Origin: Lama guanicoe
Taxonomy: Eukaryota
Assembly (NCBI GenBank): GCA_013239625.1
Contig: MU056000.1
Coordinates: forward strand, 14,908,851-14,972,850
DNA length: 64,000 nt
Direction: 5' to 3'
Shown here piece by piece: positions 39,546 to 51,625 of this stretch. Made by a program: the position numbers and the translations under genes. Each line of letters begins with the position of its first letter. The stretch's first letter is position 1. The notes under the pieces were generated by a model. It had not been told where the DNA came from and did no database searches. It was given only the letters and a program-made list of their open reading frames with translations.

Positions 39546-40489
39546 AAGCATCTCTGTTTTATCTGTGCAATTAAAAAAGAACTTTTAAGTAATAATTTGT
39601 GACCTGTGTTTTGAAATATAGGTAATAATTAATAAGGTGAATAAGGTGGGGAAGACATTTTTTTTCTGATAGAAAAATAAGAATGAATAGAAAAACAGAA
39701 TTGAAAAATAGCACAATGCATTTGGGAAATTACCCTGTTTGTTAATGACCATTGAAATGTAATTTAAAAAGTGAAAAATAACCTGATTCTGGCTTGAATT
39801 TAGTCTTTCTGAAACTCAATTTTCCTTGATATTTTAATTTGTAGTGTTAGTGTTTTTTTCCTTCTAACTCTAGAGCTATTTGTCATAAATAGATAAACAA
39901 TGTGGACCTATTTATTCACTGGAAAATCTCCACTTACGTGTTAGTTGTTAATATCTCAACTGTTTCTAGGGCATGAAGTGTTAATGCCATACATAAAATC
40001 AGTGGTTTTCTACATGATATATATCATTCTCCTATATAACTGTTATAAATTGTAATTAAAGTCTCAGACTACTCTATAAGGTAGTTGAAATAGTTTACGT
40101 GTAAAAGGAAAATTTGGTACAATATTTATTAATACCTGCTGCCCGCCATTTTTATAGGGACAGTGGGTATTTCTAAAATACTTACCCACATGAAGCTTAC
40201 CTATTCATAAGTGAGAAGGGCAGATAATAGAATAATAACTTAAATAGTGGGTTAATGTAGAAAATGTCATGGAGAATTAAATTTTTTTTAAAAGGAAATG
40301 CTAGGGGAGGTGGTTCAGTTTTGAATGGAAAGGACATGGAGATCCTCATGGAAAAGTGATTTTTATGCAGAAATTTGAAAGCTATGAATAGAAACACTTT
40401 ATGTTTCTAAATCAAGGGCATTCCAGAGCAGAGGCTCTGAGGCAGAAATGAGTGAGGCGTGTTTGAGGAACAGTCCTGAGGCCCACATG

Positions 40490-41376
40490 CCGTCCCCACT
40501 GCACATAGGAACTCTCTCAGTTGTTCTGAAGGTGCTGGTCCACAAAGGCTCCAGTGGAGGAAGTCTGCCATAGCTGCCTGGGGCTCGACTCAAGTCTCAG
40601 GCCTGCCTGGGAAATCATGAAACCCCTGGGAATGGATTCAGGGTTCAACCCTGCCTCCAGCCAGGGGCCACAGCAGTGATTGTGCCCCTCCAGAGCAAGC
40701 CCAGAAGACTGCTACGTCTAGATCCTGTCCCTCTGCTCACAGTGCCGAGCGTGCCCTCTGGGCTAGCGGAGAAGGCTGCTATGGCTGGGCTGTGTCATGC
40801 CCCTCTTTCTGCGTGCACTAACAATGGAGATTTGCATGGCGGACCCAGGTTGTTTTGCACACACTTCCACACTCAGCCTGCACCACATTCCAGCCGCCTG
40901 AGGCTGCCTCTGTGCAGTCAACCCCAGTCCCCTCCCTAGATCCATTCCCTGAAGCCTAAGCTCCAGCACCCAGTCCTGGCCTATACCCACTGGGTCACAT
41001 CTCAAGCTAGCAGGGACCCTCTGCACCAGTTTCCCTCTGTTCTGTCTGCCAAGTGGCTGCTGCTTTCTCCTCCAAGTCTCTGAAGCTCCTTCTCTGTCCC
41101 AGCGGACACCCCCTGTGGAGAGGGGGCTTCCTAGGGTCAGGGCACTTATCCTCTTTCGCTGCTTCCTCCCTGGGGGACAGGTACCTCCCTGATAACTTTT
41201 TTTCCCCTCCTATCCAGTTTTGTGAGGATTTTCTTTGTAGTTCCAATTATAAGAGATAGTCTGAAAATTCAGTAGATACTCTGTGAGAATTGTTCCGTAT
41301 GTAGATGTAATTTTTGATGTATTCACGGGAGAGGGTGAGCTCTGAGTTTTCTACTCCACCATCTCGAAGCCCCCTC
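40490..41376 (-). mobile_element. Isolated L1 5'UTR (GC-rich promoter region) with no adjoining ORF1/ORF2
   Basis: Minus strand begins gggggcttcgagatggtggagtagaaaactcagagctcaccctctcccgtgaatacatcaaaaattacatctacatacggaacaattctcacag, which matches the laurasiatherian L1 5' terminus with a decayed YY1-type (c)aagatggcg motif. Confidence 0.75.
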
Positions 41377-41804
41377 ATTTTTGATTCATTTCTCACCTTT
41401 GCACCTGGGAGCTTTTGGAAAGCAAGGAGAGATATTAAATAGGCCACACAATGAACAATTATACAGCTAACATCTATTTCTTGTATAGTAGTAAAAATAA
41501 AGAAATATCCAAAGACTGCATTGTCTCTGTTTAGGAGAATCAAGGATAAAAACAAAGAGGACACATTACAGGGACTGAGTAATTGAATAAAGTTAAACAG
41601 TTTGTGGAATCACAACCACAATATGTTTGCAGTATGCACACACACATATACATCTGTGAATCTACCCATGCTATGTGTGTGTGTGCATGTGTGTGTGTGT
41701 GATTACTGCAGAAGTCAGCAATCCTTAATAAGATTGTACTAAAATTTAATTCTGACAAAATTCAGTGTTGACAAGACATAAAGATAAAACTGAATTCTAT
41801 CACT

Positions 41805-41930
41805 TTTTAGGTATGAGTGTTGAGTTATGGTAATAATAATGAATAACTTCCTCAAAGAATTGCTGTAATGAGAAAATGAGTTAGTATTCCTAAAGTGCTT
41901 AGAATAGTAACTGAGAAGAATAAATGCCAT
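41805..41930 (+). mobile_element. MIR 3' fragment
   Basis: gtaataataatgaataacttcctcaaagaattgctgtaatgagaaaatgagttagtattcctaaagtgcttagaatagtaactg. Confidence 0.6.
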
Positions 41931-42789
41931 ATGTATTCTTAAATATGTTTATTTAACATATTTATTCTTAAATATGCTTATTTAATATTTGACTGTTTAT
42001 TACTAACATTATCAGTTAATGTTTTTAAATGACATTTATTGAGCATTCTTTTGTTGGACCTAAGGAATATGATTGTATGTTGAAAGGTAATTTAGAAATT
42101 GATATTTCGATGTTGAAGTACAAAATGAATAATTGGTTTTATTTTTATTTTGTCCTTTCAATATCATTATTTAATCTTCTATGAATTGATAAGTAATGTT
42201 TTCAAAAAATAAGTTGTGTCTCAATATGTATAGATTTATTTAAATGTTAATTTGAGCATTTGGAAGGTCAAAATTATATTTTCCATTTATTGATATTGCA
42301 AACTAACGTCTTGGAAGAAACGAGCTCAATTAAGCAAAAGTGTTTGACATTTTAAAATGTTAACCTGTGTGCTTTATTGTCCAATATAATGAATAGATTG
42401 GCAAAACACTCAGTCAGTTTTGAATTATTTTATAAGAAAGAGCACAGCATGAATGACAATATTTTCCTCGAAATTTATAAAGCCTAAGGCAATTAAACCA
42501 ATCCATTTTATTATAGCTAAAACTGAGATAACCTGTTACTTTTAAGAAGTAGAAATAAATTTATCCTGAAGCAAAGTTTAATTGTTTTTAGAAGGTGGAA
42601 GCCAAATTTAGTTGGGGGCTGATTACTCTGATTCAAATGTCCTTTTTCTCAAAACAACATATATTTATAAAGAAGAAATAGAAAACTCTATTTAGTACAT
42701 TAAAATTTGTCTATAATCTGGCTATAGCAAGCTCTATTTATATATGAGTTATTAAAATATGATAAATAAAACTTCACAGATAATTATTT

Positions 42790-44000
42790 TTAAGAGTTTC
42801 AAAGAGTTATAATTAATATATAAAGAAGTCCAAATAATTAATGTGTATGATTTGGTGAGTTTGGACATAGGCAAACATCTATGATCTCATTGCCACATTC
42901 TTGGTAATCCACAAACCCAACCCCCAATTTTCCTTTTATCTCTTTGATTTTGTTGTTTTGTGTTTTGTTTTTGTGGTAAAAACACTTAGACTAGGCTCTA
43001 CCCACTTAACACATCTTAAAGTGCATAATACTGTATTTTAACTACAAACACTATGTTGTACAGCAGATATTTAGGAAATTACTCACCTAGCATAATGAAA
43101 ACTTCATATCCACTAAACAGTTTCCCATTTCCTCCCCTCCCTGCAACCACTCTTGCATTATCTGCTTCTGCGAGTTTCATTATTTTAGATATCTCATGTA
43201 AGTGGAATCATGTAGTACCTTTTTTTTCTTCTATGACCAGCTTCTTTCACTTAACGTAAAGTCCTTCAGGTTCATCCATGTTTTTGCAAATGGCAGGATA
43301 GGCAAAATATCCTTTTTTTTTTCCTAAGAATGAAAATAGTCCATTGTATGTATCTACCACATCTTCTTTACTTTTTATCTGTTGATGGGCAATTGCCTCT
43401 AATAAAACTTCATGTAAATGGAGTATAGAAATTTTTATGTACAGAATCTTTCATTACATTTACTCATGTTGTTGCACATAACAGAAACGTGTTCCTTTTT
43501 ACTGCTGAGTAGTGTTCATTGTTGTTAATATACCACCTTTGTGTATCTTAGTCATACTCCAAATACTGGAAACATCCCAGGTGCCCATCAAAAGGTATGA
43601 CTAAGATTAACATGAATATTCTTGTACAGATATTTGTATGATGGGACTTATGTTTCATAAACACTTATGAGTGAGAGTACTGTATCATAGGTAGGTGTAG
43701 CTTTAACTTTCTAAGTAATGGCTGAACTATTTCAGAGAGCACTTTAACAAATTTACACTCCCGTAAGCAATCTGTCATAGTGCAAGTATCTTTCACATTC
43801 TTGTTAACATTTAATATTGTCTTTCTTTTGCACTTTAGTCATGCTATTGGACATGTAGTGTTAGCCTAATGTGGCTTTAATTCATATTTACTTGAAGAAT
43901 GATGTTAATTCTCTTTTTATATAATTATTAGCAATCTATATATCTTATTTTATGAAGTATCTCGTTGAATTTTGGCCCATTTTTCGTGAGTGGTTTATTT
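42790..44000 (-). mobile_element. L1MA 3' end (42790-43390) next to an older L1M fragment (43400-44000)
   Basis: ctatgttgtacagcagatatttaggaa..ttagatatctcatgtaagtggaatcatgtagta..caggttcatccatg; tttttactgctgagtagtgttcattg..atttacactccc. Confidence 0.8.
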
Positions 44001-44176
44001 TCAAAAATGATTTCACCCACATAAACACAAACACAAGCATGTATCTGTAAAATACTCACTTTTTCCATAAGAATATGTTATCTACGTGTGTTACAAATAC
44101 TATTTCTATATGAATGTTTAAATGAGACTATATTTGCATATATATAAGATTATTATTTGTATAAATTTGTCATTTA

Positions 44177-44355
44177 CAGTTGACCATTGAACAACACGGG
44201 TTTGAATTGCATAAGTCCATTTTACACAGTATTTTTTCAGTAAGTACTAGAGTTATAACCTCTGGGGGGGGCTGGTTGTATCTGTGGATGCAGAATCTCA
44301 AATATGAAAGGCTGACTTAACAATTACACATAAATTTTATACTGTGCAGAGGGTT
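44177..44355. mobile_element. Tigger2-family (Tc1/mariner) MITE, right end missing
   Basis: TA followed by terminal repeat cagttgaccattgaacaacacgggtttgaattgcataagtccat; internal tgtggatgcagaatctcaaatatgaaaggctgact. Confidence 0.8.
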
Positions 44356-46557
44356 AATTTTATTTTTTTACTTGAAAAAATACACTGGAGAGACTTTTAT
44401 GTCAGGATACATATTCTGTTAGTAACTACATAAAAGAATGTTTTCCTCCTTAGCTCATCATTAACAACCATTCCTTTATTGTTGACAATTTTGGTTTCCA
44501 GTATTTTGTTATTAGAAAGAAAGCAATGACTATCCCTGCAAAATATACCTAATCAATTCCCTTTAATTTACAGATTAAATAAGATATCTGGTAGTATAAT
44601 ATATATCCATTTTTTCTGGCAAACTTTAGGGAATTAGCTTGTATTCTTATTAGTAATGCTACAGCTTACTTCTGCACCCCTCCCATGTCCATTGCTTATC
44701 CGCAAGGCATTTCCACAGTGACTGCTTAATTTGCTTTCCAATGTTTTCCACTCCAAATCTCTGCTAATCTAGAACATATCCAGAACATATCTGACATAGT
44801 TTGTTGTTTCATGATATTTTCAAGTAGTATTAATTTTGAGGTGCCCAAAAGGCAAGTTCCCTTTTGGTCTTTAGTCATGACATGGTTGAAATAGAAAATA
44901 GAATAATTTTCTATTCAGTTTCATAACTAGTTTATAGTTCTTCTCTCAGAAAGACATTTTTGCTTTGGTTTACATTTCCTGATTGCTCTTATCTCTGACT
45001 CCAAGCAAAAATTATGCTTGATTTTCCAAGGTCTGCACATTTTTCCACTGGTTATGCAAATCTGATACCTAGGTATATCACTTTCAGATGAAGTTTTAGA
45101 AACATTTCTAGATCTTTATTTTCCATTTTAGGAATGCCACCACCAGTGGAGCAGTAAATATTGTCATTTTTGTGTTACATAGAGTTGATTTGCAATAGAA
45201 AACATATGCACAGATCATAAGGGATTTATTTTATTACAAAGCCAGACTTCCACATATAGGCTACCGGTAAGGCTGTCTAATTTCAAATTGCACATGCATT
45301 TATGAATATTTTGATGGATGATTTTCAATATTTACATTTGGTTGCTAAGACCAGTGAGTAGGGGAGGTTAAAGGTAGATGAGAAAGTATTTTTATTTTAT
45401 TTGGAGGTGTTTTCTTTTCTTTTTTAGGGTTTACTTTGAAGTCTGAGAGTTTACTTGATTTCTTAGGTCAAAAGGACAGTAAGTATTACACAACTAGTTT
45501 GAGATAACAGCAGTCTCATACTACTTTTATTAACTTAATTTTCTTTCCTTCTTTTTTTTGGTGGGGGTGATATAAGGATCATGTCTGTTAGTGTTCCAAT
45601 GTCAGGAAAAAAACAAATAAATTGATCTCAAACTCTTAAGTTTTGCAATTAGCGATTAGAGAAATAAAGGTGAGATGTGCCATCAGTACCATTTAAAGTA
45701 TTAGTAAAGCTCTCATTAAAATAATCAAGCTTTTAAATAAAAAATCAATTAAAATATACATTTGATGTGACAATCCTGAATATTTAGAAAATATTATATT
45801 AAGAATAGTAATAAATATGTTTATGGTAATTAAAAAATAATACAAAATAGTAAACATTGCAATTATTCTTAAATTATTGATATCAAATAGTAGTACTGTA
45901 AACCTAGTAAAAGCAAGATAAGATACTAAAATAGAAATGGACATTTATCCAATATTAAATGCACATAAAATTAGGAAGCAAAATCAATCCTGGTAAGTGA
46001 TGTCATAGTTTAGCTCACTATTTATAGCTAGTTTGGGAGTCAAGTGATATGGTCTTTCATCACTGTATATAGAGATGAGGGAGAAATGTAAAGAGATGTG
46101 TGGAAGCAGAATGGTTTAATTTTTTGATACATTAATATGTAAGTGTCTAAGGGACATAAATGCGGATAGATTCATTAGATGTTGTAATAGTTGAACTATG
46201 AGAAGAGATAAAACCTCCAAAATTTAAGTACAGGGAGACAGAAGAACTTCAGCAGGAAGTGTGTGGTATGTGAGATTTAGGGTTTGCTGAGGACCAAATC
46301 AAAGCCCAAAAACAGAAAGTTAAAAATTTCACAGTGAAGGTGATTGTTATTTTCATTCACATATGGGAGGTCTAGAAAAATCAATGCACTAATATAGACA
46401 TTATTTTCCAATTTAAAAGTTATTGAATCTTTGAGAAGGAGTAGCTTCAGTGGAGCAGTGACACAGAGTTGCATATATTGCAATGAGTTATTGCAAGAAG
46501 ACAGGAGGTGAGAAAATGAAGACTTTTTACAAAAATCATTCTCACTTTGATCTCTGA

Positions 46558-49500
46558 AGAGAGCAAGATGGTGGAATAGGAAGTCCCCACCCTAGTTCTT
46601 CCCTAGAAACACTAAATTAACTACAATACATAGACCAAAATACTTTATGAAAGGCCCAGATTTCAGTTAAGAATTTGTAGTGTCATAGATGAACACAAAA
46701 CTGAGAATAGCGCTGAAGCTGATAAGAACAATGTCCCTCTCTCACCTCATCTCCTGCCCTGCACCAGCTCAGTGAGAGACATCAGCATTGCCTGCAAAAT
46801 TTCTCCGTGGGGCTAGTGGAGGAGAGCGTGGAGTGTGCATCTAATGTCCTAGGCCTTTCAGTGCTCTCCCGGAGGGAGTTTCTTTTGTCTCACTCCACCC
46901 AAGTGGAGGGCTGATGTAACTAGCATAGAGTGGACACCTAGGGGTAGCTAAAACAAAGGAAGTGGGTGGGCATTTGTGCAGCCTGTTTGGCTCTGCCTGA
47001 TTGAGGAAAGATGAAAAACCTGAGACTTCTTCCCCAGGAGGGAGAAGGAGAAGTGTAGCAAGCCTCCAACATTCTGGCTTGTGACACAGTAGTCAGATGC
47101 CAGATGGAGCAAGAGATTACAAACTCCCAAAAAAAAGAAAAGAAAGAAGCCAACAAATTCCTTTAATTAACTACATGCTCAAGTCCATAGAAGACATATC
47201 TATAGAAATTATTTGAGAGACTCCCAGAATCTCTAGCCAGACTAACTGGTGAAGGTGTTTGCCTATTAAAACCAGTATATGAAAAGTGAAGTAGGTGAGG
47301 GTTTCTTCAAAAATGTTGATAAAAATGCAAAACTACAAGGTACATGATGAATCAGGAAAACCAATGAAAAAAAAATCAAAAAAACTCTAGTAACTGACCC
47401 TAAAGAAATGTAGATCTGTGAATTATCTAAAAAAGAATTCAAAAATAATCATATTACAAGAGATCAAAGTACCTAAATGAAATTAGTAAAATTATATATC
47501 AGCAAAATGAGAATATTTACAAAGAGGTCGAAACTATAAAAAGAATAAAACAAATTCTGGAATTGAAAAATACAATAGCTAAACTGAAAAATTCACTAAT
47601 AGGATTCAAAAGGTGACTTGATCAAGCAGAAAAAATAATCAGCAAGTTAGCCAGTGAGGGGAGCAAATAAATAAATAAAAATAAAAGAGTGAGAAAAGCC
47701 CCTAAGGGACTTATAAGACATCATGAGATGATTATGGGAAGTCCAAAAGAGGAAAGAGGAGATAAAGGGGCCGGAAGCTTATTTAAAGAAATAAGCCCCA
47801 AATTTCCCACACATGGGGAGAAAAATCAATATCCAGATTCATAAAGTCCAACCCATTAAACACATGATGAACAACAGTATAGACCATAGGAACTAAATAG
47901 ATATATATAGAACATTTCATCCAAGAGCAACAGGATATATATTATTCTCAAGTACATTTAGAATAGTCTCCAGACCACAAGTTAAACAAAATAAGTAATA
48001 ACAAATTTAACAAATATGAAATTATACCAAGTATCTTTCTGAACATAACATAATGAAACTAGATCAATGACAGAAAGAAAACTGAAAAATTCACAAATAT
48101 GTGGAAATCAAATATGATCTGGGGCAACCAATGAATTCAAAAAGATATCAAAAGGAAATAAGAAAATACCTAGAGACAAATAAAAATACAAACAAAATAT
48201 ACCAAAACTTTTGTGACGCAGCAAAAACGGACTAAAAGAGAAGTCTGTACACCAAATTGGTAATATATTAATAAGATCTTAACCTAACTTTGTGCCTCAA
48301 AGAACTAGAAAAAGAACAAACCAATCCCAAATTAGCAGATAGAAGGAAATAATAAATATTAGAGCAGACTTAAACAGAGAATAGAAAAACAAAAGAAAAA
48401 AATCAATGAAAAGAAACAAAATTGACAAATCTTTTGTTACACTAAGTTAAAAAAGAAAAGAAAATCAAATAAATAAAATAAAAAATAAAGGGGAGACATT
48501 ACAAGTGATATCACAGAAATGAAAAAGGATCGTAAGAGACTACTATGAATAGTCAGATGCCAAAAATTGGACAACCTAGAAAAAAATGGATAAATTCCTT
48601 AGAAACAGAAAACTTACCAAAACTGAATCATGAAGAAATAGAAAATCTGAACAGACCAATAAAAAAGGAGATTGAATTTAGTAATTAAAAGCTTCCACTA
48701 AAAAAGCCTAGATAGTTTGGCTAGTGAATTATACCACATATTGAAAGAAAAAATTAACTAACCAAAAAAATTGAAGTGGAGGGAATACTTCCAAACTCAT
48801 TTGAAGAGTTCAGAATTACCCAGATACCAGACTATGATAAAATTGTAGGCCAATATGTCTAATGAACATAAATGCAAAAATCCTCAGCAAAATACTAGCA
48901 AACCAAATTTAGCAGTACATTAAAAGGATCTTGCTCCATGATCAAGTGGGATTTATCGCTAGGATGCAAGGATCTTTTAATTAAGGCTATTAAATTGAAG
49001 TGATACACTACGTTAAAAGAAGAATAAAAATCACATGGTACCTTCAGTAGATGCAGAAAAAGAATTTGGCAAAATTCAACACTGTTTCATAACGAAAAGT
49101 CAACAAACTAGGTAGAGAAAGAATTTGCATGAACATAATAAAAGTCATGTGTGAAAAGCCCACAGCTAGCATTATAATCAAATGTGAAAAACTGGAAGTT
49201 TTTCCTTTAATGTTAGGAACAAGTCAGGGATGCCCACTCTTACTACTTCTATTCAACATAGTGCTTGAAGTTGTAACCAGAGATATTAGGTAGAAAAAAT
49301 AAAAGAAATCCAACAAAAAATGAAGAAATAATTTTTTTTCTGTTTGCAATGACATATGTTAAGAAAACAATCCCATTTATACAAGCACCAAAAAAAATAA
49401 AATACTTAGCAATAAACTTAATCAAGGAAGTGAGACTTGTACACTAAAAACTACAAAAAAATTATGAAAAATTAAATAAATAGACATCCTTTGTTCTATA

Positions 49501-51625
49501 ATTGGATAACTTAATATAGTTAAAATACCTATACTATCCAAAGTGATCTATAGATTCAATACAATCCCTATCAAAATCCCAATGATAATTTTTACAGAAA
49601 GCAAAAAAAAGATTAAAATTTATATGGAACCACAAAAAACACAAACACACACACAAATAGTCAAAGCAATACTGAGAAGGAATAGCAAAGCTAAAGGCAT
49701 CAAACTTCTTAATTTCAAAATATATGACAAAACTACAGTAATCCAAACAACATAATGTTAGCGTAAAAACAGACTTAAAGACCAATGAAAAAAATAGATT
49801 TGGGGTTGCACCCCACAAGCCTGGAAGCCCTGTACCTGCCCAGGCTCTAGACTGAAGTTAGAGCCCAGAGTCACAGAGAGAGACATCAGTAGTTTAATGG
49901 ATAGACAATCTTACATGTCTGATGCAAAAAAGTTTCCTGGAGTGACACCCCACCTCGGGCCACAGACAGCAGGCAGAACGTGGCAGCAGTCTTCATTATA
50001 GGGAGGTTCCCAGTTTAGTTTTGAAGGGAATTGATGTCAGATTGGCTCATCAGTTACCAGTGAAACTACTGGAGGAGCAGTTCCCTTTGATAAACTCATA
50101 GTGGAGATTCAGATTATAATAAAGATTAGACAATCACTAGCAGAGGTGGGGGTGGTGAGGGACAATTATTTAGGCATTTACTGACTAGGCTCTATGATTA
50201 AGAGGGAAGGTCAGTCAGGTAACTGAGTAGAGTGTTGCGGAATCTGGGACTGGTTGAGTAGGGGATGTACAGAGAGCAAGAGAACAGGCATCTTGGTCAC
50301 CTAATCATACAAGAGCCCATGTGTGTATGGACAGCTGGTCTTCATCAAGTGTGTCAATGATATAAAATGGGAGAGGATAGTCTTTCCAACAAATGGTTGA
50401 AACTGGGAAAACTGAGTATCCACATACAAGAGAATAAAATTGAACTTTTATCTTGCACCATGCACAAAAATAAATCCAAAATGGATTAAAGACTTAAATG
50501 AAAGACCTGAAAATCTAATAATCTTAGAAGAAACTTAGGAGAAAAACTTCACAGCATTATTCTTGGCAATATGTATATTTTTTGGATATGATATCAAAAG
50601 TGCAGGCAACAAAAGTAGAAAGAATGGGACTACATTAAAAAAAATTCATCAGAAAAAATTACATCAGGAAAAAAATTTCTGCACAGCAAAGAAAACAATC
50701 AGCAGAGTAGAAAGGCGACCTATAGAATGGGAGAAAATATACATAAATTAAATATCTCATAAGACATTAGTACCCTCAAAATACAAGAAAATTTTAAACT
50801 CAATAGCAAAAAACAAACAAAAACAAACAAAATAAAAAAAACACAAAAAGCAAAACAGCAAAAAAAAAATCCTTAATTAAAAATGAGCAAAGGACTCGAA
50901 TACACATTTCTCCAAGGAAAACATAAAATGGTATTAGAAAAGGTACTCAATATCACTGCTCATCAGGGAAATGTAAATCAAAACTACAATGACATTTCAG
51001 CTCACACCTGTTAGGATGGTCATTATCAAGAAATCAAAAGATAAATGTTAACAAGGATATAAATGAAAAGAAACCCTTGAATACTGTTTCTGGGATTATA
51101 AATTGGTGCAACTACTATGGAAAAAGAGTATGGAGATGCCTCAAAAAATTAAAAACCGAACTGCTATAAGATCCAGCAGTCTCACATATGAGGATATACC
51201 TGAAATATTGAAATCAGGACCTTGAAGAGATATATTTATATTCCCCTGTTCATCACAGCTTTATTCACAATGGCAAAAGGAAAGAAACAACCTAAATTTC
51301 CACAGACAAATAAGGCAAGTTTGGTATATACATACAGTAGAATATTATTCAACCATAAAAAGAAAGAAATTCTGCTATATGCAGCAACATGGATTTACCT
51401 GGTGACATTGTGCTAAGTGGAGTAAGCCAGAAGGAGAGGGACAAACATTGCAAGATTTCACTTACATGAGGTAACTAAAGCAGTCAAACTCACACCCGGA
51501 GTGTAGAATGGTGTTGCCAGAGGCTCCAGGGAAAGGGCGATGGGGAGTTTCTCTTCCATGACTGTGAAGTTTCAGTTATGCAAGATAAAAACGTTCTAGA
51601 GGTCTGCTGCACAACGTTGTGCTGG
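46558..51625 (+). mobile_element. Near-full-length decayed L1 (5'UTR, partial ORF1, ORF2, L1MA-type 3'UTR) with an internal deletion and an LTR insertion
   Basis: 5' caagatggtggaataggaag; ORF1-like 47300-47850; ORF2 motifs ggccaatatgtctaatgaacataaatgcaaaaatcctc, catgatcaagtgggatttatc, caggga-tgcccactct; ORF 49543-49755 [12 protein letters not shown]; 3' gttctagaggtctgctgcacaac. Confidence 0.93.
49799..50311 (-). mobile_element. ERV solo LTR (~510 bp) inserted into L1 ORF2
   Basis: GC-richer block interrupting the L1 between aaaataga.. and agagccca. Minus strand starts TGtatgattagg and has ATTAAA (49893-49898) ~95 nt before an end of gcaacccca. Family not identified. Confidence 0.7.

Noticed and set aside
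40399..41259. Cluster of overlapping ORFs or a CpG-island gene promoter
   Set aside because: ORFs on both strands are expected in GC-rich DNA, none resembles a protein I recognise, and the block is better explained as an L1 5'UTR.
41934..41990. 29-bp-period direct repeat (tattcttaaatatgYttatttaa x2) as a CRISPR-like array
   Set aside because: Only two AT-rich copies, no spacers and a mammalian context; an ordinary slippage duplication.
46558..51625. Active L1
   Set aside because: ORF1 and ORF2 have many stops and frameshifts, an internal deletion and an LTR insertion.
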